Assembly (NCBI GenBank): GCA_013239625.1 | Contig: MU054187.1 | Coordinates: forward strand, 16,074,941 to 16,138,940 | DNA length: 64,000 nucleotides | Direction of reading: 5' to 3' | DNA from: Lama guanicoe | Lineage: Eukaryota | Part shown: one piece after another, positions 1-13,615 of the stretch | How positions within the stretch are numbered: position 1 is the stretch's first letter | Layout: each line of letters starts with the position of its first letter | The notes under the pieces: generated by a model | Seen by the model: only the letters and a program-made list of their open reading frames with translations | The model's database searches: none | Told to the model about the DNA's origin: nothing | Position numbers and translations under genes: made by a program

Positions 1-5
1 GTTGT

Positions 6-376
6 GTATTAGTTTTCTAGGGCTTCCATAACAAAGTACTAAGATTAAGGGCTTAAACAACAGGAATTTGTTTGTTTTTAAATCCTTGAAGCTAGATGTC
101 CAAGGTCAAAGTGTTGGCAGGGTTGATTTCTTCTGAGGTATCTTTCCTTGGCATTTCTTCCCTGTGTCTTCGAATGGTCTTTCCTGTGTACATTTCTTCA
201 TCTTAATCTCTTCGTCTTATAAGGGCATCAGTCATAATAGATTAAGACTCACCCTAATGATTTATTTCATTACCTCTTTAAAGATCCTATCTCCAAATAC
301 AGTCCTATTCTGAGGTGCTATGGCTTAGGACTTCAACGCAAGCATTTGGCAGGGGGAACAAAATTCTGCCTATAAT
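6..376 (-). mobile_element. MLT1-type (ERVL-MaLR) solo LTR, old
   Basis: Starts tgtattagttttctagggcttccataacaaag, contains ggcttaaacaacaggaattt, gtccaaggtcaaagtgttggcagggttg and ctccaaatacagtcctattctgaggt: reverse-complement MLT1B/C/D pattern (recalled consensus). Confidence 0.85.
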
Positions 377-1340
377 GTGGGTCTTAGATTGTGAAATAGT
401 GAATACAGAATGGAGCATTCTTAACTTCATATATTCAGAACTTTGATCTATAAAGTAGTTTTTAAGTCATCCTACTTCTAATGGCTTATTGTAAAGAAAT
501 AAGGCAGTGGTGCTGTAATAATTGATGGATTTCCTTTGAAAGTATCTAATAGCTTAGTTTAAAAATCATATGCAGAGTTTAATTTTTAAATTAATGTTTT
601 AATGCTTTGAGAATATCTCATTCTCTCTGCATGATCAGAAAATGGACTACAAAACTAAAATATGGTTTAGGTAGTTATGAACAGCTATTTGAAATTTATG
701 CAAAGCTGAGAACATTTGAATACCTTGTCAATGTATTTGTAGAACTTAATGGAGTCTATCATTTATTCGCTTTGGAGATTAAAGGTTAATTTTTAACACT
801 AAGTCCCTAATCATAAACTTGCTGCTGATACATATTTTGCTTAACTATTTTTTACTCTTTTCATTGCATCTCTGAAAATGATTTTGGTAAATTCCTATTT
901 ATCATAATTATTATCATCTGAGAATTAATAGAATTATTTTTTAGCAGATGCTAGTATTTATAATTATTGATTGTGAGCAACTTTGTGTATACATAGTATA
1001 AGAAGAAATCATTGAAAGTACAATATTTATTTTCCTTGTCTAATGTGCCATAGTGTTTCAGCAATTGCAATGCTGATAAAAAAAAAAGAAGAGTAATGTT
1101 TGATGGGACCCAGGGAACTGTTCCCCAGAGGCTCACACAGAATGGCATGTGATAACTTCCAGGAAAGCATCTGAAGAGTAGTAAGATTTTCTTTAATGTC
1201 TGTGCAGCTATAATACAAATTAGATAAAAAAAAACAACAAAATGTATAGATGTATTCTAGAGTCATTGTATTGACTTTCTCTAGTATGTATTTTTCCTGA
1301 AAGTCACTTCCCTGTAGTAGATATTTATTATGCATAATTA

Positions 1341-1380
1341 TGTGTGTGTGTGTGTGTATATATACATATATATATATATA
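1341..1380. repeat. Compound (TG)n(TA)n microsatellite
   Basis: Read directly. Confidence 0.95.
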
Positions 1381-1739
1381 TTTATTGCATAAGTATGTTT
1401 GTCTTTACAAGTTTTCCCATTAGCTGGTTATGTAACACAGCATGCAGTTCTGTCCTTTGTTAAACATTTCCAGTGGTTTATGTTGTTTTCAATAGATGAA
1501 TTAGAAAACCTCAGAAATCTGGTTACTGAAACTGAAACGGGAATGGTAGGATCCATTCTGAAACCTGCCTCTTGGTATTTACCTCAAAGTGTGCTTCTGT
1601 GTGTTTGCTAGATTTGCATTTAGCAGTATCTGCGTGCAAATAGTAACCATACACCAAAGTAAACGGGACTGTGTGCAGTTGTTTTCTCTGTTTCTTCAAT
1701 TGCAGCTGCAATCCCATAGATTTCCATCTTGACAGGTAG

Positions 1740-2450
1740 CATAATTAGAAAATTCTCTTTGTCTTATTAAATGTGACTCTTCTCAATAGAATTCACTTCA
1801 TTGCCAGCAAAGAACAGAAAATATACTTCAAATCTAAAATGGGAAATCAAGGGGGACTGTTTTATTTTTATCTGTCTTTGTGCCAGCGACATTATTATCA
1901 AAGGATATTGTAATGCTGAAAATGTACTTTGGGGATTTAAATCACGCATTAGCCTGGAAAGCAAAAAAGCGCTGCAGGGCCCGTGCAATATATTTTCTCA
2001 TTAATCTGATTGAAAGATTATCCTTCCTATAGCTATGAAAAGTCTAGTACTCATATATCCATCTTCTATGCTAGTAAAATTCAGCTTTGTGCAAAGTCAT
2101 TGTCTCTTGTGTCGGGGGGTCCTGGACTTTTCTTCTCTCAGCATAAGCCCGTCTGTATTAAAATAAATTCAAAGCAGGCCGCCATTTCATGCACACATTT
2201 TGATTATTTTATAAGCTGCTGTGGAAAATGGAAGTATCAGCAAGCCATGCAGTTTCCTGGTAATGTGATGCTGTCATTACCTTGGTGGTCATGTGAGAAA
2301 GTTTAGCTGCACTGCCTTTGACAAATGTTCAGTGAGTCAAAACAGTGTATTTAAATGAAATGCAGATATGAATGAGCCATTATTGCAATCACAACTCCAG
2401 GTTCAAAATTTTCTTATGTGAATATATTCACTTTCTCTGTAACCTGACAT
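1740..2450. promoter_or_regulatory. Candidate conserved non-coding element / enhancer
   Basis: No recognisable repeat, retained CpGs. Motifs: ATCAAAGG (TCF/LEF) 1897, TAATCTGATTG (paired-homeodomain-like) 2002, GCCGCCATTT (YY1) 2178, TGAGTCA (AP-1) 2333. Conservation is inferred, not measured. Confidence 0.45.
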
Positions 2451-5400
2451 TTGTAATACAGAACTAGCTCTGCATTGACTCTCCCACCACTCACCCCGCC
2501 TCTTTTTTCACATCCTCTCCCAGACTCAGAATGAAGGAAGGTATTATGATCAAAAGCTGTATGCAGTAACTGAAGACACTCTTGGTGATTCCACGCAGAG
2601 TGACCCATTATTTGTGATGAAAATTAAGTAAAGAAACAAAGCAGCTTACAGGTTGCTTTGCTATGGTCAACGCCTCTATAAAGATTAGCAAATCTGTAAG
2701 AACAAGCCCCATCAACAAAAAAGCAAAAACAAAACCAACGACCACTTATGTGCTCTTCCACATAAGAGAATCAACTGAAAATTTTGTATAACCTCAGTCA
2801 TAACTTGCAGCACTTTGTGGTTTTTGAAGTTTTAATGTAACTACAGAAAATGTCTTAAACTGAATGATATCTATTCAGAGCACTTGGAGTGCTGATACCA
2901 TGAACAGTATAGATGGCTCCAGCCATAACGGTCACACAGATAATATTCTTTTATGCCTCAAGACACTAAGATGGTGCTGTAGATAACCAATAGAAATAAG
3001 CTGCCACCATCACTAATCTGCAGCTTTGAAACACTGTAGCTTTTGCATGGCTAAGAGAAGGTAAAATCACCTCCCAATGTAATAGAGAAGACATTTTAAA
3101 AGTGAACAGGACCTGGAAGAATTAAGGCATTCATATTTATTTGTAATCCATATGACCATGGATCAAATTGTCCATATCCAATTTTGTGTGTTTATGTATG
3201 ACAATTGGAAATGCAAAATGAGCTGGGGACTCTCCATTCCCCCAGGACATTTTTGCTAATGTGGTGAAATGAAAATCTAAGGAGTATTTGGCCTTAGTAT
3301 TCCCTTCAGAGGTTAACTTTGGAGATCTTAAGTGTGTCCTTATGGCTGGATTTGTAATGTATGTAGCATATTAGAATGTATTATAATATACAGATGCGCC
3401 ACCCAAACAGCATAAAAAATTGCTGTCGGTATTTTTCTCACCCAGCAAACACTGCTTGAGGGCTTCTTACATGGATAAAATTGAATTTTACATTCCCGTT
3501 GCATAATGTGACTTATCAACTCCTTTCTGTATGTGTGAGCCTGGGGTTTGGTGAGCACAGATCATAACCAAAGTTTGATGAACATCTTCCATAAAGCTGG
3601 GATACTAGATCCATAAAAAAGGAACATAATTAGTTTTATGTCTGGAGCTACATTTTGGAATGAAATACATCATTTTATATCACAGTGGAGTGCATCTTTG
3701 CTGGCAAGAAAAAATAGTATTCCTCTCTACTTGTTTATAATGAAAAATATAAACATAGGATCAAAATAAATTTTGAAATATGAAAGGCATTTATTCTGAC
3801 TTAATTTCAATTGTTGTTTTTTATATTCAGTTTGGAAATCTCAAATCAGACAGCCTTTCATTTGAGAGTACAGGCTGACATTTAAGACTCAGGGAAACAG
3901 AAAACATAACGATAAACCAAGTATCGTGAGAATTGGGCCCTACGATAAAACCATTTTCTCACTATTTGCCCTAAGAATGTGATAGCTTTCCAAGGAAGAG
4001 AAGAATTCTACTTGAAAATGCAAAGCAAGATACACAAATTTTTAAATCGAACACAAGAACTATCAATACTAATCTGCTAATTTGTGCCCCAAAATGCAAT
4101 CATATTGTTGGGACAAAAACACAATGCATTCAGGAAGCTATTAAATGCACAGCAGTATTTGAAATCGAACCACAGTGACTTGTTGTTATGGCATGCTGAC
4201 ATTATTGGTTCTTGTATATAGTTACATAATGATCTCTGAAGCCAGCTTTAAAAACTATTCTATAAAGCCAGTTAACAGATGACAAAATCTGACTAAAAGT
4301 CAACTTTCTAAGACAGTTATTTTACAGTTACGTTTAAGAACCTTTTGTCTACGTTAAAAAATAAAAACCCCAAAGCAAAATGTTACAGTATTTTCTCTCT
4401 CCAAAGGAACTCTACTGCACGGTAGACTCTATTGGCTTTTATTTCAAATTTATTATGGATGTCATCATCCAGTGGTCATTGACCTAAAAATATGCACCAC
4501 TGAAATGATGTCGATGTCAAGAAAAAAAAAAAACTTTTGATAGGATTTTTTTCTATATACATTTCTAATACAGCATACAGTTTTTATTTTGTATAGAAAC
4601 TCAATATCTTGCCTGTAGAAAGTTTTCTTTACTTCAAAAATACTGAAGTCAATATAATCAGAAGTCACTTTATCCATAACATTGTCATACAGTTATGGTC
4701 ATTCCTTGTAACATAGTAAGATCTGCTGTGAACGTCATCTTGTGATATAAAAGAACACAACAATGATGGCATTATAGCATCCAGTAGTATTGTGGACAAA
4801 TATTTAGAATCATTATTTTCTGCCTCAGAGCAAATGGTTTGGCCTCAAAATAGCTATGAGGTGAAAATGAAATTATACTTAAAATAATTAAACACTCTCT
4901 TCTCTTTTCTGGTTTCTATATAAAACAAACTCAAAAATTAGTAGACAAATTAAAAAAATCCATTTTCGATTCTTTTGCATATTTCTTAGATGAAGAAGGT
5001 GGCATCTAGAAAATAGGATAGCTGCAGTAAAACTGCCCTCTGTTCTTGTGAAAGCACTTGCTTTTGTAATTGTAAATGAAGCTGTTTCATCCGGTTTATA
5101 TGCTGCTGTTCCTACTTTTGCAGCTCAGGGCAATACAAATGATTAGTTGCCTGATTCCAGATTCATGCAGGCTCAACTCTAAGAACTAGACTCCGGCATT
5201 TAAATGACTGAACCGATGTGAGAACATAAACCATTCCAGAACATTTATACAAATGGAACCGGCCAGGCATTTTATCAAATCTCCTATTACAAGAAATAAC
5301 CCTGTATCACCTCCATGCAATTTTTTTTGTTTACTCTCACAAAATATTGGGGTGTGCTTTATGTTAATTTTTATTTTTTAAATGTTTTGCCATAAATTTC

Positions 5401-6154
5401 TCCTCCTTCCCAAATGATATTTTCAAGTCAGTCTTGATTGGTCAAAGCCTTATGTGTCCACTCGGTTACATTTCAGTGAAGCGATCTCTATAAGGAATGT
5501 TTCCTTCGAAGGAAAGCATCTTTTCTTGCAAATTAAGTTTCTGAGGAGTTTCCCTAGGATACAAAAATGTGAATTTCAACTGAGCTCAAAAGATAGAATT
5601 TACATATAAAAATCAATCATTCTATTTTGGGTTGAACATCAAAATTACCTGCTTAAGCTTTCATATTGGTAATTTCATATTCCTAAGGAGTTTGAAATGT
5701 CAGTGAATACTCTCCACATCCTCATTTCTTCCTTTTACCAGAAGTTCTAGAATGTCAGTTTGAAAAATTGCAGAAACTGTAGGAAGTTTTACAAAAAGAA
5801 AATTCAACACATAATTTAAACAGCCTCCTAAATTAGCACAATTGAAATTTAGACTTTAATAAAATGGTTTATGAGCTTGAGCTTCTGCCTCCCTGAAGCT
5901 AATGGAACATTAACTGAGCAATAATATACATGGAAAAGATTAGAAAGAAATAACACTGAATTTTGCAAGCCACCCAGGCAGATCAGTCCGTTTACTTAGA
6001 ATAATAATAAACACTATGCACAACATGAATGACAATGAATGGCCAAATAACAATAATAACAAAATTGAGAGAACAGCTTCTGTGATGGTTTATAAGAAAA
6101 ATTAAGAACCAGTCATAATTTTATTAACTGAGATGAAAAACTAGTTCCACTTCT

Positions 6155-6240
6155 ATTTTTTTTTTTAAAGAATTTGCTTTTTAGAACAGGTTTAGTTTCC
6201 CAGCAAAGTTGAGAGGAAGGCATGGGAAGTCCCCATATAC
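6155..6240 (-). mobile_element. Short L1 (L1MA/L1MB-type) 3' terminal fragment
   Basis: Poly(T) then tttagaacaggtttagtttcccagcaaagttgagaggaaggcatgggaagtccccatatac resembles the antisense L1MB 3' end. Confidence 0.65.
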
Positions 6241-6299
6241 ACTAGAGATAACTAGAGCAGGGGATGGCTTTGTATATGTGATGCCAGTAGCTTCGAATG

Positions 6300-6720
6300 G
6301 AAAATAACTGATAAGCAAAGACTATCCAGAGAGTAAAATATGTGGACAGATGGCAATATAAGTCCAAGTTTCCCATCCAAACAGTGGTGATAAGCGAATC
6401 TCGTATAGAACAAGCGGCATATGCAGTAAGGAATATATAAGCAGTTTGATATTAAGGGAACAAAAATAGGTAGAAATGCATTAAATGAAACTGGGAGATG
6501 AGCAAAGATCAGGTCATAAAAGGATCTTATATCATAATAAGAATCTTTGATTTTATTATTTAGGCCATTTGGGAGAAGGGGATTGTCAAGGAAGATCTTT
6601 AGTGTGGGAAATGGATGATAGATTTAGAATATTTGTGCTAGTTTCAGGTAAGTAATCAGTATGGAGTGGTTGTGTATTGAGGAGGGGGTGCCTGTTGGTG
6701 TCAAGCTAGAGCAAGGGGAA
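6300..6720 (-). mobile_element. Degenerate L2 fragment
   Basis: aagaatctttgattttattatttaggccatttgggagaagg...gatgatagatttag resembles the antisense L2 motif block. Confidence 0.5.
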
Positions 6721-7297
6721 AACAGAAAGCTACTCTTTTAAGCTCTTTCTGACCCCCTGTCTGCCGTCAGACACTTCTCTTTTGCACTTACATAGCACCA
6801 CCTGCTAATCCATGTCTCAGAAATCATCGTATTTTGGGTAACGGTGTACCTGTCTATGCCATAACTCACCACGTTCCCCAGCCTCCAGCCTATCTACCAG
6901 ATGATAAACTCATAAAATATAAACTTTATCTTCCTTCTCTCCATATCATACAAACCATACATACACACATACAAAATAGGACTCATTTAAATAGGTGTTT
7001 AAATGAATCAATAAAAAATTGTTGAAAATTAAAAATTCACTGTGTAACAGTAGGCCTGTGTTGTGTCTAGCTATTTCTGCAACCTGAAATCAGCTACGTC
7101 TTTATTACTAGTTTAGATACTTACTAAACTTGTGAAAATCTCTTGAGAATGGAATTTTTATATTTAGTTCCCAAGTTATACCTCGTATATAGAAGTTTAC
7201 AAACTTTTTGTCTTTCATACAATGAATACCTAAAGGTTAACTTATAGAAGAGGAAGACAACTAAAGTTGATTGAGTACTCTCTGATTCTCAAAACAC

Positions 7298-7687
7298 TGT
7301 TATTTGGGAGTTATTTTTAGGGGTTCCAGGAATGCCTGAATTGCACAAGTATCTGAGAATCTAAGCAAAGCTTGAGTAGAAGCCGACCTGATGCTTATGG
7401 CCTAAGATCAAGTGCTACATGGAGCTTCAAACTTCTACCTAAAAATAAACCTTGGATCCACACACTTAGGTATGCTTGCAAGGAAGGGAGATGAGCAGAT
7501 CCCAGGAGAGTCCCTGGGTCCTTTTAAACACTGATTACAAGGAGCCAGCAGAAGAGAAAGATTTCTTTGGAGCCCTGTCTTAACTAGTTGATTCCACTAC
7601 TGCATTTGGAGTAGAAGGGACACATCCAAGTATTTGAGGTGTAGGGATATGTACAGGGTGGGGTGTGGGAGTTTTTCTTTTAATACA
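7298..7687. mobile_element. Possible old LTR, family unassigned
   Basis: About 390 bp, higher GC than flanks, TG...CA ends; no TSD seen. Confidence 0.3.
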
Positions 7688-7769
7688 GTGTCTCTAGCCA
7701 GTGATAACTTTGGCTCATCAGTGCTTGACGATCTGGCCAAAATAAGCCAGAAGATCCTTTCTCTGTAGA

Positions 7770-7900
7770 GTAGATGTTACTACCATGATTTTATGGATGA
7801 ATAAGGTGATGTTTAGAGAAATTTGATGACTTGCCAAAAGGTACAGCAGTAGAGAAGCTGAAATCTTTACCATATTTGTCAGGCTATAAATGTGTGCTCT
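7770..7900 (-). mobile_element. MIR fragment
   Basis: attttatggatgaataaggtgatgtttagagaaatttgatgacttgccaaaagg is a degenerate MIR core. Confidence 0.6.
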
Positions 7901-7939
7901 GACTGAAACCTTATGGGAGATCCCTAGTTGATACCATGT

Positions 7940-8062
7940 ACTGCACAGGATCCACTCAGCTAAACTCTGTCTAAACACTTAGAACTGTCAGCTAATAAAA
8001 TGGCTGCTGTTTAAACCATTACGTTTTGGGGAAGTCTGAAACACAGCAAAAGAGAGCTGAGC
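7940..8062 (+). mobile_element. MLT1 LTR 3' fragment
   Basis: agaactgtcagctaataaaatggctgctgtttaaaccattacgttttgggg...acacagcaa is a typical MLT1 3' end. Confidence 0.6.
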
Positions 8063-11000
8063 TATGTGCAATTTCTGAGAGTATCTTCATTTAATATTGT
8101 GCACTTTAATAAAATGTGCATGTCCTTACTGTTTAAGAGGTTAGAGGGAAGGGAGCTCCACTTAGCTTATTGTTGAAATACATCCTAGACCCACAGTTGA
8201 TCTGAGATCACTGGTAGTGGTCTGGAGAGCTTCCCAGATAGTCAAAGCTTAAATAAACAAAGTATTGTGACTTTAAAAATAAATAAATAAATCAAGATCA
8301 TATTACATACCTTTGCCAGAAAAATAACCCTTGACAAATGTTGAAGAATAGTCTATTGACCCAACTTGCAACAAATATATAAACTAACAATCCTATATCA
8401 TTTATTTAAAAAAAAATCAGTGTTTCTAAGTCAGGTCCTCATCAAAAGCAGAAAAAGTCATATTCCTGTACATTTTGATTCTCAAAATGTAAATAAAGTT
8501 ATGATGATTTGTCTTTTTCACACTCCATCTATGGGCCTCTCTCTTCTTTTACCCCAATACTTCTAAGCAGTTTCTCTAAACTCAAATATTTAGCTACTAT
8601 ATGAATTTGGCTCTTTCCAAAATACTTTACAGAAACGACAATAGTAGCAAATACTTATGTTATAGTTTGTCTGGGTGATTATTATTGTCATCAACCTTTC
8701 CTTGTGAAACATAAGATTTTTAGACTAATTATTGTGGGAAACTGTATGGAACAGTCCTTTCAAACATATAAATGATTGAAATAAAGAAGATTTAAATATC
8801 TTGTGTAATCAAATGTTTACATGGTGGTCAATGGAAATCATATTTGTGATTGTGAATTATACTGAAAGTTAGCATTATTAAAAGGAAGCAAGAAACATGC
8901 TGATTAATAATTCATTAGCATTCTTTCAGCTTCCTTTAAAATAAGCTATTACCTGCATTGTGGGAAAGCAGATAATAGACTATAATTTATCACTTTTCAG
9001 GAACTAGAAATGGTCCCATTTTTTAAATCCTTGTTTTAATTATCTAACCTGATATTTTGATAACCAATATTATAACATCAGGAGGCTCAGAAGATACTGT
9101 GGGAGAGATATTTTGACATATTTAGTCTACATTTCTTGATTTCATAGGGAGATTGTAATGAGGAATTCCCATTTACCCTTGAGCTCAGCATTTAGATAAT
9201 TGAATAATAAACCACAATCAATGAGAACCTTTAAAGATTGTCACTCTTATGTTAAGATTGAACTTGAAAAAAATAGCTTCTTCGCTTGCAAACATTTTTG
9301 GCTCAACCCCATTTGGTATTCAGAATGTAAATGAGATTTGTTATCAGGCAGGAAACTTGAAACTGATTTAACCTAGATATTAATCTTCATATTAAGGACA
9401 TATTTACATTTCTTGCATAGCACAGTAGGTTAGCACTAAGGAGGATCTGCATTTAATTTTTTAAAAGTGGCTTAGCCCCATTGATATACAGTGCATATTT
9501 TTCATTTTAACTATTTTGTTTATTTCATAGATTCTTTTATTTTCCCATGGTCGTGTTAAGGCTTGCTGGATAGAAAATATGCTGCGAATAGAAGCCAAAC
9601 CACAGTAAAATGACTCTGCCTAACCCTAAGAGTTCCAGTCATTTCCTTTTATATTTTATAATAAGATATGACAACTCAATTTAAAGAAAATACACAATAG
9701 TTGCTGACTACAGTGAAAAGTTTATATTAAAATAATGTGTTGCTGTGAGGAGGTGGATAATTGAGCATACAGTAGGTAATTTCTGGCAGGGCTCCTGAAA
9801 TAAGCAAAAGTAATATCTGTTAACAGAGGATAAATGCAGATAATGTTACTCTAGTCAGTAATTAGGATTTTACAGATCCCTGTTTAAATGCTGATGCAGG
9901 AGAAAATGAAGAAGAAGGTTGCATTTAGTCATTAAAGTTGAGCTGATCCAAACTCTCTCAACAAGACCTGACCTCTGATTGGGCCCCATTTCTACTGATA
10001 CATGACTCCACCAGTTTTCTTCTGCATTTTAATGAAGACTGAGCAAACTTTAGAAGTCCAAATAAAATCCAACTGAAACTGTTAATTTCTAGAAGTGACT
10101 AGGGGTGGGGAGTATTTGAAACCCTAAAGTTCTAGTAAGTTTCCCTTGCTTTCAAACAGAACCTTTGGCTATTTTGTCTCCTTCAGCCATCTTATTTTAA
10201 TTCCAGGAAACAGACTTTTAACTCTTTGACATCATCAAGGAAGAGGTGAGGTAACCGGGTATCAACTTTTTCAAGGGGATAGTTCTTAGAAAATGCCAAT
10301 TGACTACTCACTCCTTTCCTTCCAGAAGACTTATAAAACCAGCATACACACAATCTTCTTGAGCAACTGTGTTCACCAAAATGATAGTAATTTGAATGAC
10401 CAAGTTAGTGTTGAGAACAGGAAAGCAGGTATTTTTTCCTTTAGGTACACTACAAAGTGACAGTACTTGTACACTGAATATTGAGTTACAAATAAAAATC
10501 ACAAAGATAAACTTATTCCCAAAATTATAGGCCTTCCCTATGACTCTTCTCTCCTTTCCACACTGTTACCCAAGGGGGCTGTGAAGTACTACAGTGGTCA
10601 GCCTTCATCCATCACCATTTTTGTTTGGGAATAATTATAGGAATCTAGAGATGATTAACACGGATCACCATACTCCTTTGCAAAAGAAAAGAATTGGGGA
10701 CTTCGGGTTATCATCACTTACTGTGCTTTGAATAACTTCTCCCACAATGATTCCTTGCTGCTCAGCCCAGTCAGGAGGTTTTGCAAGCATAAGTAGGATG
10801 GATTAAAGCGGGGAGAGAATAGAGTTAAGGAAGCAATTAGTAAGGTATTTCAAAATGTATTGGGGTGAAAGTCTCCACTATAATTTCTCAGTGTTCTTTA
10901 GTTGGGATCTGGAGACAAGCCTCTAATCAAGCATTATTGTAAATGATAGACACTTGAATCTCTACAATCATAATCTTCTCCATAGGACTGGAAGCTGATC

Positions 11001-11189
11001 ATTCCATTCCCACTAAATCCCTTTTATCCACTTGATCAAGTGTCCTGTCAACCCTTGCTCTGTTACCTTAGGTCATCTGGGATGAGTATTGACTGCTTTC
11101 TTCCATTACTAGTCTATGCCTACCTCTGGTTACTATTCTCAGATTTTTTTCTATAAGGTTAATTATTATAGCTCTGCTTTTTTACTTCA

Positions 11190-11545
11190 ATGACAGGACT
11201 TCCTTGACCTCACACTAAGTTAAATCTCTCTGTTATATAGTTTCATAGGACCTTATATTATACTCATTTGTTCTTCTACTTAATTGTTCAACAAATGCTT
11301 ATGGGGTGCTTATTCTGTTCTAGGTACAACAGTGAACAGAGGCAAAATTCCAGGCCTCATAGAGCTTATATACTATAATTACATGCTGTTTAATGCCTTC
11401 AAATCTCTCACTAAAATTAAAGCCCTTTGAAAGCAAGGATCGTAACTGTCTTCTTCATCACTGTATTCCCAGCACTTTGCAGAGTACTTGGAATACTGAA
11501 GAGATGCAATAAATATTCACTGAATTATTAAATAAGTAAATAAGC
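11190..11545 (+). mobile_element. L2 3' end with a nested antisense L2 3' fragment (about 11264-11375)
   Basis: Sense tail ccctttgaaagcaaggatcg...ctgtattcccagcac...caataaatattcactgaat; nested ttcaacaaatgcttatggggtgcttattctgttctagg...cctcatagagcttata. Confidence 0.65.
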
Positions 11546-12000
11546 ATTGCAATTTTACGGAAACACAGATATTTTATTTGTTCATGAGCAAAATTTAACT
11601 GTGAAAAATGACCAGTAAAACGTATCTGTAAAAAGTGACCTAATGGAATAATTAGACTAAAACACACTGCAAGGTCACCAGCAATATAACACAGCTACCT
11701 AAAAATAAACTGTTTTCTAGAAGTTTATTTGGATTTGTTCCATACTCTGTCTTTTCAACAGACATCAAGGCATTGTTTAAGCACTTCCTAATGTTCAGTT
11801 TAAGTATGACATTATACTCATTAAAGTAACACCACAAACCCCACCTTAGAATTCTAGCAGCAGAATACTGACAAAAGATTAAGGCACAGTTTTTCACTTT
11901 GTAGTAAACATACACACACAGATTTTACAAAATGCTTTGAATGAATACTGAATTGAAGCAGTTTTATTATTAATGTGGTGTTTAAAAATGTCTGAGTCCT

Positions 12001-12261
12001 ATAGACACAGAACACAAACTTGTGGTTGCCAAGAGGGTGGAGGGTGGGAAGGGATAGATGGGATTTCAGAATTGTAGAATAGATAAACAAGATCATACTG
12101 TATAGCACAGGGAAATATACACAAGATCTTATGGTAGCTCAGAGAAAAAAATGTGACAATGAATATATATATGTTCATGTATAACTGAAAAATTGTACTC
12201 TACACTGGAATTTGATGCAAAGTTGTAAAATGATTATAAATCAATAAAAAATGTTAAAAAA
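12001..12261 (+). mobile_element. Young camelid-type L1, 3' UTR only (5' truncated); insertion extends to 12522 by 3' transduction
   Basis: Closely similar to the L1 3' UTRs at 40296-40558 and 59562-59840; ends aataaaaaatgttaaaaaa; TSD 11984-12000 / 12517-12533. Confidence 0.9.
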
Positions 12262-13289
12262 GAACTAAAAAACCCCCCAGATATTTAAATAGTTTACAGC
12301 ATTGTTTTACATATAAGGGTTAACATATAAGATACAATTTTTTAAAAATTTACTTTTGATTTTTGTATTCTAATGTCTTATTATGAGCTAAAATTTGAGC
12401 AAAATACTGTACATTTCTTTGGCTTAATCATAATAACAAACTTAAAAGTAGATACTATTATTCTACCCATTTTACAGACAAAAGAAAGACTAAATAAATT
12501 TCCCAAAGTTAAAAAAAAAAAAGTGTGAGTCCTTTTGATTGTATTAATGAGACCATGGAATTCCAGTGATGAAAAAGCTAAAGTTCTGTGCCTGTATTAT
12601 GACCAGATTTGTCTTAAATTGTCTCATTTTCTGTCTCCAAGTTTTTTATCCATATTAGGGCTGCAGAGAAAATAAGCAAATAGGGATATACATTAGGTTA
12701 TTCACCTGCCAACTCTTTCAGCCCATGAAAATGGTTAAATCACAAAAAAGTCATGAAACTTTCAATGCATCACATATGATTCTTTTATTTTTAAAGTATC
12801 AAAAAGAAGCCCTCAAAATAGTTTTAGGGAAAAAAAGGAAATTGACTCATTTAACAAAAAATCTTTTAATAGCCGATATTTGCTACCACTTAATAGAAGG
12901 TACACATGATATCACTAGAACCCAGAACACTGAGTATAATTCGTGGAATATAGAAATAACGTTCCTGAATGAGTAATCGGTTTAGTTATGAATCAAGAGA
13001 AATGCATTAATTCTGTAAGTAATATTTTCTTACCAGGCAGTGACATATAAAAATTGTGAAATTTGAATCTCTTTTCATTGTTACGTGGAGAAGTAGTGAG
13101 AGATCCAAATTATTAATTGGATATAAATAGGGAAACTTTCAAAGTTTTGACATTAATTTTGTGTTTAGTTATTGGCTAGGTAATTGAATGATTGAGTCTG
13201 CTTTTCGTATTCAAAAGTTACACTATCAACTGTATATGTAAGCATTTTGCTTTCTTTTAGAATGAAGGTAGTGTTAAGAAGTCTCTCAT

Positions 13290-13405
13290 TTCTTTAACAA
13301 CTATTTATTTTGTACTCACTGTGTGTCAGGCGCTCTTATAGCTACTATCGATAGAGCAACTAATTAAATAGGTAAAATTACCTGCCCACATGAACTTCCA
13401 TTCAT
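13290..13405 (-). mobile_element. L2 3' fragment
   Basis: aacaactatttattttgtactcactgtgtgtcaggcgct...cctgcccacatgaacttccattc. Confidence 0.6.
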
Positions 13406-13439
13406 ACTTTCTCAAGTGTTTGTCTGTGGATCAATTAGA

Positions 13440-13615
13440 GCTGTGCTTCCTGCACTTTAATTTGCAAACAGATCACTTAAGGGTCATGTTAAAATTGAGA
13501 TTCTGACTCAGTTGCTCTGGGTTGGGCCCTGAGACTTGGCATTTCTAATAAGCTTCGTAGTAAGGCTGGTGTGCTGATGATGGTACTGGTCAGCCAACCA
13601 TATTGTGATGAGCAG
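13440..13615. mobile_element. MER5A-like hAT-Charlie DNA transposon
   Basis: gttaaaattgagattctgactcagttgctctgggttgggccctgagacttggcatttctaataagct. Confidence 0.75.
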
